Positions 1 through 9,900 of a stretch of DNA of 64,000 nucleotides are shown piece by piece. Position numbers and translations under genes: made by a program. The notes under the pieces were generated by a model. It had not been told where the DNA came from, made no database searches, and worked only from the letters and a program-made list of their open reading frames with translations. Numbering within the stretch: position 1 is the first letter of the stretch; the number at the start of each line of letters is the position of its first letter. Source of the DNA: Candidatus Latescibacterota bacterium (lineage in GTDB: Bacteria; Latescibacterota; UBA2968; GCA-2709665). The stretch covers positions 1,888,001-1,952,000 of the forward strand of contig OZ242180.1 in assembly GCA_965205485.1 (NCBI GenBank), given 5' to 3'.

Positions 1-40
1 TCAAGACACTCCTCAAGTACCGTTTCACCGGAATATAAAC

Positions 41-1789
41 GTGCCGCGTCTCAGTCTCATCGTTCCGTACTGTCTGGTTATCTTGCTCGCCCTTCAGTGT
101 TATCACCGGCTAAACCTTGCAACGGCCGTGCCTGTCATGGTGTGTTCGCTGGTTATTCTGTGTGTCGCGGCACTTGCCGCCTTCCGGCAGATACCTAAAC
201 ACAGGGTTATGCGCGGGGCATTGGCGGGTTCCCTTGCCATCTGCGGCCTGTACCTCCTCACCTGCAACGAATGGGTGGAGGTTATCGGCGATAATATTGC
301 GTACATCAGGGACGCGATGCGTCTGGTTCAGGGCAAAGGAGTAATGGACAGCCAGTACGGCCTGGGCGTAAAGACTTTGCTTATGCCTGCTGTTGTACTG
401 TTCCGCAACAGCGTGCCCGCGCTCAAGGTCACGATCGCGGTTTCGGGCTTCCTCTTCCCGCTCTGCACGTTCCTGGTCTTCCGCGAATTTGTCGACAATA
501 ACCGCGCGCTTCTGATTGCCCTGATCTCGGGCGCATTCTGGCTGGCGGTGAGGTACTCCAACGTCGTCACGGCGGACATGCCCTTTCCCGTTTTCTCGTT
601 GCTCGCCCTCTGGTCAATCCTTCAGTACATCAGGCGCCCAGGTATCTCCTGGGGATGGTTGATTGCCGCCGCTTGCGCCGCGGGTTGGGCTTACCACGTA
701 AAGTCGCCGTCCATATACCTGGTGATCGCGGCCACCATCTACCTCGCGCTCCGAAAGGAGGTCAAAAAACCGCTGCTCCTCGTTGCATGCGCCTCCGTAT
801 GGGTTCTGCCCTGGGTAATTTACCTGAAGGTTCACTTTCCTGAGTCCCAGGGCTACCTGGGAATGATCCACCAGATCGCCAGGGGAGCCTATATTCCGGA
901 GGGCGAGGTGGGCGCCTTCTGGCAGAATTTCCTCTACTACATCTTTAAAAAAAACCCGGCCGGCTATCTTCAGAACCTGGAATACTTCCTTCTGCCCGCA
1001 GAGTATATGTATAAGCTGCCGATTTCCGCAAGATGGCGCCCCGTTGGCTGGATCGTTCTGATTCTGATCGGCATCGGCTTTGTCTTTGGGAGAAGACCTG
1101 CAAACAAAAGGCCACTATCGCTCCTGCGGAGCGTGGAGGTCCACGATTGGTACTTCCTGGGTTACGTTGCGACCCTCTTCGTGCTTCCCGGTTCCCCGGA
1201 TCGATATCTCCTTCCCGTTCTGCCGTTCATCGTCTTCTATATATTCAAGGGCTTCGAAGGAATCTGCAACCGCTTTCCGGATTCCATTCCTCCGAAAAAG
1301 GGGTTCATGCGCTACCTGCCACTCGAGAGAGTCACGGCCGTCTTTCAACGGTCCGTCCTGGTCAGATACTACCCCGTCCTGCTGTCGTGCGTGTTTCTGC
1401 TGCCGTCCCTGTTCGCGGATTTCGGGTTTATACGCGACAGGCGGATGAGTCCTGGCTATCATCAGGCCTGGAAGACGTACTACGAGGCCAGCGTCTGGAT
1501 GAGGGACAATACACCTCCCCAGAGCCGGGTCTCCACGCGAAAGCCGGGACTGGTGTGGTTCTGGTCCCGGCGGGAAGCGAATGGCTACCCCCGCGTCGAG
1601 GACCCTGTCGAAATCCTGGCGGCGTTGAAGAAATTTGATTACATCCTGCTGGACAATATCCCGGTTTTCCCGGAAAAATTGAAGTATATCGTACCCGCCA
1701 TAAAGACGTTTCCAGAACGCTTCAAGGTCATACACACCACGGAAGCGCCCAAGACCTACGTTATCAGAATCATTAGGGACGACCCGTAA
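41..1789 (+). CDS. GT-C fold membrane glycosyltransferase (ArnT/PMT-like, GT39/83-type)
   Basis: 582 aa with many hydrophobic helices, an early GDNIAY acidic motif, a RYLLPVLP motif and a soluble C-terminal domain (ASVWMRDNTP), all typical of GT-C enzymes. Confidence 0.65.
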   Translation: MPRLSLIVPYCLVILLALQCYHRLNLATAVPVMVCSLVILCVAALAAFRQIPKHRVMRGALAGSLAICGLYLLTCNEWVEVIGDNIAYIRDAMRLVQGKGVMDSQYGLGVKTLLMPAVVLFRNSVPALKVTIAVSGFLFPLCTFLVFREFVDNNRALLIALISGAFWLAVRYSNVVTADMPFPVFSLLALWSILQYIRRPGISWGWLIAAACAAGWAYHVKSPSIYLVIAATIYLALRKEVKKPLLLVACASVWVLPWVIYLKVHFPESQGYLGMIHQIARGAYIPEGEVGAFWQNFLYYIFKKNPAGYLQNLEYFLLPAEYMYKLPISARWRPVGWIVLILIGIGFVFGRRPANKRPLSLLRSVEVHDWYFLGYVATLFVLPGSPDRYLLPVLPFIVFYIFKGFEGICNRFPDSIPPKKGFMRYLPLERVTAVFQRSVLVRYYPVLLSCVFLLPSLFADFGFIRDRRMSPGYHQAWKTYYEASVWMRDNTPPQSRVSTRKPGLVWFWSRREANGYPRVEDPVEILAALKKFDYILLDNIPVFPEKLKYIVPAIKTFPERFKVIHTTEAPKTYVIRIIRDDP

Positions 1790-1835
1790 AGAGGGGCTGT
1801 TTACCCGACGCCGCGGCCTGCCTCGCTCCCCCCTG

Positions 1836-2790
1836 GAGCGAGGGCATCCCTGCCCTCGGAACGCCGTTGTTGCATTTGTAGGGGCAACCCTTGTGGTTGC
1901 CCGCCTTTTCGCCGTCCCGGTTTTCTTTGTGTCCTTTGTGTCTTCGTGTCTCCGTGTGAGGCCGGGTTTCTTGCCTTTCTCCCTCTTTCCTTTAGGAGAG
2001 AGGGTCGGGGAGAGAGGTCTGCGGGGCGAAGGAAGGAAAAAGGAAGAAACAGCGATAACTATGATTTTAGCCACTTCTGCTATGGGACTCTCGCAAGATT
2101 CAAGTGGAAGAGGATTGCTGGGGAGAGTGGAAAACCGGTGGCATGCGGTGTCGTCTCCCCTTTCACGGCTTACGTCTCTCCGCTTCAGAGGGCGCCGGGG
2201 TTTGGTCCCCCCGGGAGCGAGGGCATCCTGCCCTCGATGGCCGATTCGCGAGGCCCTGGTGCCGTTAATCGAGACGTGATTTCGGATGGAAGGGTAGCGA
2301 TAGGCCCTTGATGCGAGAATCGATGGGTCGCCTTCTATTCGAGGGCAGGATGCCCTCGCTCCGGATATTGGAAGATCATCTCGCGGCTTCTTTGTTTTTC
2401 CTCCCTCTCTCCCGGTGGGAGAGAGGGCCGGGGAGAGAGGTCTGCGGGGAGAGAGGTCTGCGGAAGGAAGAAGGAAGAAGGAAGAAGGAAGAAACAGCGA
2501 TAACTATGATTTTAGCCACTTCTGCTATGGGACTCTCGCAAGATTCAAGTGGAAGAGGATTGCTGGGGAGAGTGGAAAACCGGTGGCATGCGGTGTCGTC
2601 TCCCCTTTCACGGCTTACGTCTCTCCGCTTCAGAGGGCGCCGGGGTTTGGTCCCCCCGGGAGCGAGGGCATCCTGCCCTCGGAACGCCGTTGTTGCATTT
2701 GTAGGGGCAACCCTTGTGGTTGCCCGCCTCTTTGCCGTTCCGGTTTTCTTTGTGTCCTTTGTGTCTTGGTGTCTTTGTGTGAGCTGATTT
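1836..2790. repeat. Composite intergenic cluster of REP-like/miniature repeats
   Basis: Contains GAGCGAGGGCATCC(C)TGCCCTC units, GTAGGGGCAACCCTTGTGGTTGCCC (twice), CCCTCT..GGAGAGAGGG hairpins, CTTTGTGTC 9-mers and a 197-bp exact duplication (2040-2236 = 2485-2681). Confidence 0.9.
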
Positions 2791-2810
2791 TCGCCTTTTT
2801 CCGACAACTA

Positions 2811-2846
2811 AAGAAAGCCCGGCGCGCATTCCCGCCGGGCTTTCTT
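2811..2846 (-). terminator. Rho-independent terminator after degP (probably bidirectional)
   Basis: AAGAAAGCCCGGCG-loop-CGCCGGGCTTTCTT inverted repeat ~45 nt downstream of the degP stop. Confidence 0.75.
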
Positions 2847-2889
2847 CGTACGTATCGATCTGGTGACACGAACGTCGGTGTTGCGCCTC

Positions 2890-4359
2890 TTACTCAGGAA
2901 TCTTCATGGTCAGAAACAGATGGTACGTTCCCCGCCGGACGAAAAAGGCGGCGTTGCGGCCCTTTTCGAGCTTGGCCAGAGATGCCTTGAATTCGGCTAC
3001 GGATCCCACTTCCCGTTCGAAGCTCCCCTGCCGGATCTTGAAGATGATGTCTCCCCGCTGGAAGCGGGCCCGCCCCGCGCGGCTTCCCTGGGCCACTTCC
3101 GTCACGAGAATGCCTTCCATTTCGCCTTCAAGCCCCCATCTTTCCTCGATTTCAGGGGTGATGTTGCTCACGCTCAGACCATGAAGCTCGGTCTGAGCCG
3201 CCTGCGTCCTCGTGGAGGCAACGTCGCCGATCTGCGCGGGCTTTTCTCCCAGCTTGACTGGAAGGGTGATCGTCCTGTTTTTTCGTCTGATTTCCAGCGC
3301 AACGGTTTCGTCAGGGTGTTTTCTTGCAATCAGGCTCTGGACCTGGTTGGGTCGATTGACCGGCCTCCCGTCTATGCTCAGGATGATATCTTCGTCCTTG
3401 AGACCGGCGGCATCGGCCGGCGTGTCCGCGAAGACGTTTGCGATGAGTACGCCCCGGGGGCCGTCCAGGCCGAATGCGTCGGCGAGCGACGCATCCACGC
3501 TTCTGAGGTTGATGCCCAGAAAACCCCGCCGGACCCGGCCATGGTTAATGATGTCATCCATCACCTTCCTGGCCAGATTGATCGGAATGGCGAAGCCGTA
3601 TCCGACAAATCCACCGGTACCGGATGCGATCGCCGTGTTGACGCCGATGACTTTACCGTCGAGGTTGATCAGCGCCCCGCCTGAGTTGCCGGGGTTGATG
3701 GCTGCGTCAGTCTGGATGAAATCTTCGATGGCGAATCCGGAACGGTCCGAGATGATGTTCAGATTTCGGCCCAGCGCGCTGACGATGCCGGAGGTAACCG
3801 TAGAACGCAAGGACAGGGGCGCGCCCACCGCCATCACCCACTCACCGATCTGTACCTCGTCGGAGTCGCCCACCGGCGCGGACGCAAGGTCCTCGGCGTC
3901 GATTTTGATGACCGCCACGTCCGTGAGCGAGTCGGTGCCGACAAGGCGGGCATCGAACTCCTGGTTGTCATTGAGGATCACCGTAATCTCGTCCGCACTC
4001 CCCGCCACGTGATGGTTCGTCAGGATATACCCGTCCGCGGTCATGATGATGCCTGAGCCGAGCCCGGGGCGTTCCTGTTGTCTTTCCCGCCACCCCTCGC
4101 CCCTCGGCATCCGGAAAAAGGGACGGAAGAACTCCGGCCTTTCCCTCGTCCATACATTGGTCACGGTCTCCCTGGTGCTGATGGTGACCACCGTCGGCGT
4201 GATTCGGCTGGCTATCCCGGTAAATGCCTTGTTTAGACTCCGAAGCTGCTCGATGGCCTGGTCTTCGGATGCGAATGCGGGCGAAGTGAAGGCGCCGGCG
4301 GCGATGAGCAGGCCCACGAAAAGCGTGAATCCACGAAAGCGGATGGTCTTATTCGACAT
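2890..4359 (-). CDS. degP: HtrA/DegP-DegQ periplasmic serine protease with two PDZ domains
   Basis: Signal peptide; catalytic triad motifs TNHHV, DVAVIK and QTDAAINPGNSGG; RGFLGI PDZ start. Confidence 0.93.
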   Translation of the reverse strand: MSNKTIRFRGFTLFVGLLIAAGAFTSPAFASEDQAIEQLRSLNKAFTGIASRITPTVVTISTRETVTNVWTRERPEFFRPFFRMPRGEGWRERQQERPGLGSGIIMTADGYILTNHHVAGSADEITVILNDNQEFDARLVGTDSLTDVAVIKIDAEDLASAPVGDSDEVQIGEWVMAVGAPLSLRSTVTSGIVSALGRNLNIISDRSGFAIEDFIQTDAAINPGNSGGALINLDGKVIGVNTAIASGTGGFVGYGFAIPINLARKVMDDIINHGRVRRGFLGINLRSVDASLADAFGLDGPRGVLIANVFADTPADAAGLKDEDIILSIDGRPVNRPNQVQSLIARKHPDETVALEIRRKNRTITLPVKLGEKPAQIGDVASTRTQAAQTELHGLSVSNITPEIEERWGLEGEMEGILVTEVAQGSRAGRARFQRGDIIFKIRQGSFEREVGSVAEFKASLAKLEKGRNAAFFVRRGTYHLFLTMKIPE

Positions 4360-4430
4360 CTGGAAGTGCCCCTTTCTCTGGTTCTCGATTACCTCGACGT
4401 TTCGATGATGACACCCGGGTTTATGGGTGT

Positions 4431-4459
4431 TTAGACCCGGAAGGCGGGGGAAAGGTTCC
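4431..4459 (-). promoter_or_regulatory. ECF/sigmaE-type promoter for degP
   Basis: Minus strand GGAACCT-N16-GTCTAA, ~70 nt upstream of the start codon; matches the RpoE consensus GGAACTT-N16-GTCnAA. Confidence 0.65.
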
Positions 4460-4589
4460 GAAAATCGGGGAGCCGGTAGAGGTGAAAGGGTAGAAGAAAT
4501 CCTTGCCCGATCGGTTCCTCCTACTTGCCTCCGGCACGAGAAGAAACCTTACACGGCATGCGATCTATACCTTCTTCCGTCTACGTCTT

Positions 4590-4900
4590 GCTGTTCCTGA
4601 GGAACACGCCGTAGGCACGACTTTGAACGGAAAAGCAAAAGGGGTTTGTCATTTGCAAGTCGGATTTTCCTGATAAATCCTAATTTTTCAGTTTTTTACG
4701 TCCTTTTTCTTATCCGCGTAAGAAAAAGGACCAAAAAGAAGCGCGCCCTTCGGCAGGGGGCCGGTTTTTCCGTGAACCGCCTAGGAGGCACGAATGCAAC
4801 TCGGTGGCCTGCGACTCCCTGACGTGTGCCAAAACATCGGCGCGGAACGGATGAACACGGAAAAACCCCCCGTACCCCAGGTCGCTTAAACGGAAGAATC
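4590..4900 (-). repeat. Structured ~300-nt dispersed element, copy A
   Basis: Reverse complement has GGTTTTTCCGTG...CACGGAAAAACC and GTCCTTTTTCTT..AAGAAAAAGGAC, homologous to copies at 32.4, 34.9, 57.0 and 57.7 kb. Confidence 0.85.
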
Positions 4901-5212
4901 TGCCATTGCGCGAGACCTGGCCGTGCTCCCTCTCTCCCGGTGGGAGAGAGGGCTGGGGAGAGAGGTCTGCGGGGCCGGGCGGAGGTTTGCCGGGAGCGAG
5001 GTCATCCTGCCCTGGGAACGCCGCAGTTGTGTTTGTAGGGGCACCCCTTGTGGGTGCCCGCCTTGTCGCTGTTTCAGGGTTTCCCTTTGTGCCTTTGTGT
5101 CTTCGTGTCTTTGTGTGAGCTGATCTTCGTCAAAGCTGCCTTTGATCTTGCTTTTGACCTTGCCTTTCGCTTTTAGCTGATGGCTGACGGCTGATAGCTG
5201 ACAGCTGTTCTT

Positions 5213-6760
5213 CTACAGCCCGTACTGCTGGATTTTTCGGTAGAGGGTGCGCTCGGGAAGGTCCAGCAGCGCGGCCGCGCGTTTGCGGTGACCGCCGGTG
5301 GCCCTGAGCGCACGGGCGATGGTCTCGCGCTCCACTTCGCGGAGGGACTTGACCTCGTCGCCCGGTGAAGGCGCGGCGTCGGCCTCGGTGTATTCGACTT
5401 CCGCCACGCGGTCGGCAACCGGCGGGGACCCCTGTGAGTAGACGGGCAGGGAGGGCAGGTCGGCGGGATTCTCCATCAGGTAGGCCTTGAGTTCCTTGAT
5501 GTCTCTCGCAACCTCCAGGACGGCCCAGTAGAGCAGGTCGCGCTGGGACTCCTCCGGCGTTTTTCCCACCTGGACGGGCAGGTTGGAACCGGGGCGTCCA
5601 GACACCTGCGAAGGGTCCATGCCTTCGAGGTGCTGGGTGATGTCGGCCGGCCCGATCCTGCGGTTGACGGAAAGGACCATCAGCCGCTCGATCAGGTTCC
5701 GGAGTTCGCGGATATTGCCCGGCCAGCGGTAATTGAGCAGGATGTCCATCGCCGTCGCGTCCAGTTCGATGGGCGGTACGCCGTGTTCCTCCCGGTAGAG
5801 TTGAATGAAGTGGTCGACCAGGACCGGTATGTCCTCCGGGTGGCTCCGCAGCGGCGGCACCCGGAGCTCGACCACCTTGAGGCGGTGATAGAGGTCGCTT
5901 CGGAAGCGCCCCTCGTTGACGGCCTGCTCGAGGTCCTGGTTCGTTGCGGCAAGCACCCGCACGTCCACGCTGATGGGCTGCGTGCTTCCCAGGCGCGTGA
6001 TCTCCCGGGTATCCAGCACGCGCAGCAGGCGGACCTGGGCCGCGAGGGTCATTTCGCCGATTTCATCCAGGAAGACGGTGCCGCCGTCCGCGGCCTCGAA
6101 GATGCCCTCTCGCCGGGTCCGCGCGTCCGTGAACGCGCCTTTCTCGTGGCCGAAGAGTTCGCTTTCCAGAAGGGTCTCCGGAATGGCCCCGCAGTTCACG
6201 GTGATGAGCCGCGCGTCGGACCGGACGCTGTGCCGGTGCAGCGCCTGGACCACCACGTTCTTGCCCGACCCGCTCTCTCCGGTAATCAGCACGCTGACGG
6301 GAACCGGCCCGACCTGCCGGATGGTTTCCCGGATCCGTCTGATGGCTTCCGAATTGCCCAGCAGGTCCGTGTCAACGTCCGATACGGTCTGGTCGGTGAC
6401 CAGTTGCAGCGCCTGCCTCACCTGCTCCGCGTCCACCGGCAGGTCCAGGATGGCCCGCGGCTCGAGGCCCTGTAGCAGCGTACGGTCCTGGCGTCTTTCC
6501 GGCGTCAGGAAGACCAGGAGGGAAACGTCACCAGAGTCCGCCAGCAGGGGCCGGTCCGGGTCCGATACCGCCCGGGAGAGGTTCGCCTCGTCCACCAGGA
6601 TCAGGTCGACGTCTCCTCGTCTGAGCAGCTTGGGCACCGGTCCGACGCTGTTGGTCAGAATGGTCTTCCATCCCTGCGCTTCCAGCTCCGAGCGCAGGGT
6701 CTGGCCCAATTCCGGATCGGCGCTAACGATAAGCGCGTCTTTTCTGGATGCTGCGGCCAT
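5213..6760 (-). CDS. Sigma54-dependent Fis-family transcriptional activator (NtrC-like) with atypical receiver domain
   Basis: GESGSGK Walker A, ESELFGHEKGAFTDA, FLDEIGEM, WPGNIREL, C-terminal HTH. Start uncertain: ATG 6760 preferred over TTG 6940. Confidence 0.88.
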   Translation of the reverse strand: MAAASRKDALIVSADPELGQTLRSELEAQGWKTILTNSVGPVPKLLRRGDVDLILVDEANLSRAVSDPDRPLLADSGDVSLLVFLTPERRQDRTLLQGLEPRAILDLPVDAEQVRQALQLVTDQTVSDVDTDLLGNSEAIRRIRETIRQVGPVPVSVLITGESGSGKNVVVQALHRHSVRSDARLITVNCGAIPETLLESELFGHEKGAFTDARTRREGIFEAADGGTVFLDEIGEMTLAAQVRLLRVLDTREITRLGSTQPISVDVRVLAATNQDLEQAVNEGRFRSDLYHRLKVVELRVPPLRSHPEDIPVLVDHFIQLYREEHGVPPIELDATAMDILLNYRWPGNIRELRNLIERLMVLSVNRRIGPADITQHLEGMDPSQVSGRPGSNLPVQVGKTPEESQRDLLYWAVLEVARDIKELKAYLMENPADLPSLPVYSQGSPPVADRVAEVEYTEADAAPSPGDEVKSLREVERETIARALRATGGHRKRAAALLDLPERTLYRKIQQYGL

Positions 6761-6821
6761 AGCGTTCAATTGGGTATATCGGTTTGGTCTTTCGTATGGT
6801 CCGGCCTTCCGCCCGTATCCG

Positions 6822-6846
6822 GAGCGAGGGCAGGATGCCCTCGCTC
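6822..6846. repeat. Solitary palindromic REP unit
   Basis: GAGCGAGGGCA-GGA-TGCCCTCGCTC perfect hairpin. Confidence 0.85.
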
Positions 6847-6945
6847 CTGGGAATGGCATCGGGCTTAATGGGACCGAATGAGCACAATTGTGATCGCTGG
6901 AACAGTCACTTTGTTCCTGGCCGGCAGTGGTTTCGGACAAAGGGT

Positions 6946-9900
6946 CTATTGCGTGGGTGCGGTCGCCTCCTGGCTGCCGTCCAACAGTGCCTCCAGCATC
7001 TCGATGCGTTTCCCGGCCTGCAGACCGAAGTCGCTGGCGGCCCCTTCCCGGCGCTGGATGGCCTTCAGTTCACGGATCGCCTCCGTGAATTTCCCCTGGG
7101 CTTCGTAGCAGGTGGCGAGGCCATCGTGCGCGCTCGCCGCCCACTGTGGGGCGCCCTGAAACTGGTACAGGAGTTTCAGATATTCCCGCTTCGCGCTTTC
7201 ATAATCTCCCAGACCGAAGTGGCTTCTTGCAAGCCAGAACTGTATGGTCGACCAGTCGTTCCCCTCGGCGTTTTTCAGGAGAGGAGTCAACCTGGCGATC
7301 GCCAGGCGGAATTGTTTGTTGTCGTGCAGCATGGTGCCTATGTCAATACGGACGTCCGACGCCAGGGGATGCCCGGGAAACTCCTGTACAAGCCGGTTGG
7401 CGTAGGCGATCGCCGTATCCAGCAACTTCAGGCGTCTGTGTACCTTCATCAGCCTGGACAGCACGTTCGGCGTTTCTTCCGGAGACGGACCGGCCTCGAG
7501 CACGTTCCGGTACGCCCTCGATGCCCTTTCGTAATCGCCCGATTCATACAGGATATCGGCCAGCTCCAGGGCGGCGGCGGGCCAGTGGCGGCTGCCTGAA
7601 CGGGCCTTTACAAAGGCGGCGAGCGCCTCCCGGTAGGCTTCTTTCTCACCTTCCCGTTTCAGCGTCCTGACGCGATACCAGGCGGCCTCGGCGGCGGCCT
7701 CGCCTCCGGGGTGTTTCCTGACCACGTCCTCGAAAATCTGGCGGGCTTTCTTGAAATTCCCGGCCCTCTGATAATACCTGCCCTCTTCGATCCGGAACCG
7801 GGCGAGCCAGTCACGGCTGTTCGGGAAGGATTTCTTGAATACGCCCGAGGCTTTTTTCGCCTCCTGCACGCGTTTCAGCCGGTACAGGCTCAGGACTTCG
7901 CGCCCGGCAACCGACTCGTCCCGCGCGTCCGCCGGCACCTGCGCGAGGGCCGCGAGCGCGCCCGGGTAGTCCTCGGTTTCGAACAGGAGGGCGGCGAGGG
8001 TCTTGCCCGCTTTGGCTTTGAGCGGGCTTTCCGGGTATTGTTTCGGGAACGCCTTGAAGGCCGTGACGGCGTCGGCATTCCGCTTCAGTTCCGCCAGAAG
8101 CCGCGCCCTGGTATACGCGAAGCTGTCGGCGTACGCCGCGTTCGGAAAAGCGTCGAGCAGGGCCTTGCAGGCATCAATGGCTTCCGCCGGCTGCCCGTTT
8201 GCCTCGTAGGACCGTGCGAGCCGCCTGAGAACAGGTCCTTCCGGCCCGGCCGACAACAGTTCCACGTCGACGTCGATGGCGCGCCGGTAGTCCCCGGCCC
8301 TGTAGTAACTCTCGGCCAGCAGGTCCCGCGCGGACCGCGCCAGCCCGGCCGGCGCCGGCCCCGCGAGAAGCTCGGTCAGGTCGTCCGCCGCGCTGCGCGG
8401 GAAGCCCCGATCCAGGAGGATGCGGCCGAGTTGGTACCTGGCGTGGCCTTCCAGGTCGCTTTCCGGATACTCGAAGAGGAAATCGCGCAGCGTTTCCTCG
8501 GCCGAAACGTAGTCATTCTTCCGGGCCTGGCAAAGGCCGATGCCGTAGGTTGCCCGTTCCGCGGCGGGGCTTTGCGGATATGCGTTCCGGATGCCACGGT
8601 AGGTCGTCAGGGCGGTGTCGATCCACGCGGGCTCGAATCCGCCCAGCGTTCGCATCGCGTCGGCCATTGCCAGCAGAACCCGGTCCAGAAGGTCGGACTC
8701 GGGATAGGCCGCTTTGAATTCGCCGTAACCTGCGAGTTGCCGCCGCGCCCGCACCGAATCCGGGTCCTCCGCCTGAAGGGTTTCCGTTTCAATGCGCAAC
8801 AGGGCCGCGTTGTCCGCGAATTCGCTTTCGGGATGCCCCGCCTCAACCTCCCTGAGCGCCGCCAGACCCTTGTCGTACCAGAAGGATTCCGCATCCGGCC
8901 GGCCCTGCAGCCCCGACTCCCGCGCCACTTTCAGGGCGCTCTCGCCAAGAAGCCAGGTCGCCTCGGCAGCGAACGGCTGCGGGGCGTCCGTTGACAGCGC
9001 CGCGGCAAGCTGTTCTGCGGCCTCCGCATATTGCCGGCGGCTGTGAAGGAACCGGCCCAGGACGAACTGGGCGTACGGATCGGACGCGATGGCAGGGAGA
9101 TTCGAAAGCAGCGCGGCGAGTTCGGCTGCCGGTATGCCGGTGGATTCGCGTCCGAATTCCCGCAGGTACCGGATTCTGTTCTGGGCCTCTTCGGCGCGCC
9201 TGTGGAATTTCTGCAGGTAGGTACGGTATTCGCGAATGGCCGGGTCCGCCTGCCCGGTTCGATCCAGGATACGGGCGATGCCGAACTGCGCCTCGCCGGC
9301 GACGTCAGCCGGGGCCGTATCCGCCAGATCACGGTAGGTTTCCAGGGCGAGGTCGTGCCAGCCCAGGTCCTGCTCGTACGTGTGCGCGATCCGCAGCCGG
9401 GCCGATGCCGCGGCGTCCGGGGCTTCCGTTTCTTCAATGTATGCCCGGTATGCCCTCAAGGCCCTGCGCGGGGCGCCTGCCGCGCGCCAGACGTCGCCCA
9501 TTTCGGCGTACGCCCGGATGCCGGCTTCCGATTCCGGATAGAGTTCCCGGAGACGGCGGAACGCGTTCTGCGCCTCCCGGTGCTGTTTCAGACCGGCGTG
9601 GGCGCGCCCCAGGCCCAGCCAGGCGCGGTCCAGGTGGGGGCTGGCGGCATAGGCGTTGATGAACTCCGTGAATAACGCGAGCGCTTCGGCCGTGCGTCCC
9701 AGTTCGCGCCACGCGTTGGCCAGGCCCAGTACCGCCTGCTGGCGGCTTTCGCTTTGCGGAAGGCTGCCCCTTGCGAGTTCGTAGATTTCGGCTGCCCGGG
9801 ACCAGTTTCCTCTTCCTTCGTACCAGGAGGCCTGCGCCAGGTAGGATGCGCCCGACGCTGAACTGCGCGGGTAGGCCCTGCGCAGCCTGCCGAAGGCCGC

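Noticed and set aside
1836..2790. Repeat clusters as CRISPR arrays
   Set aside because: Repeats are inverted or dispersed with homologous spacers, show no regular repeat-spacer period, and no cas genes are present
1893..2990. ORFs made of repeat sequence (GARASCPR, GERGLRG, SCQLSA peptides), also at 10.7-11.4, 17, 32.3, 34.8 and 57 kb
   Set aside because: Translations of palindromic non-coding repeats; open on both strands with no RBS or family motifs
6761..6940. N-terminal extension of the sigma54 activator with an in-frame REP
   Set aside because: TTG start without RBS and no domain-like sequence; ATG 6760 fits the receiver start
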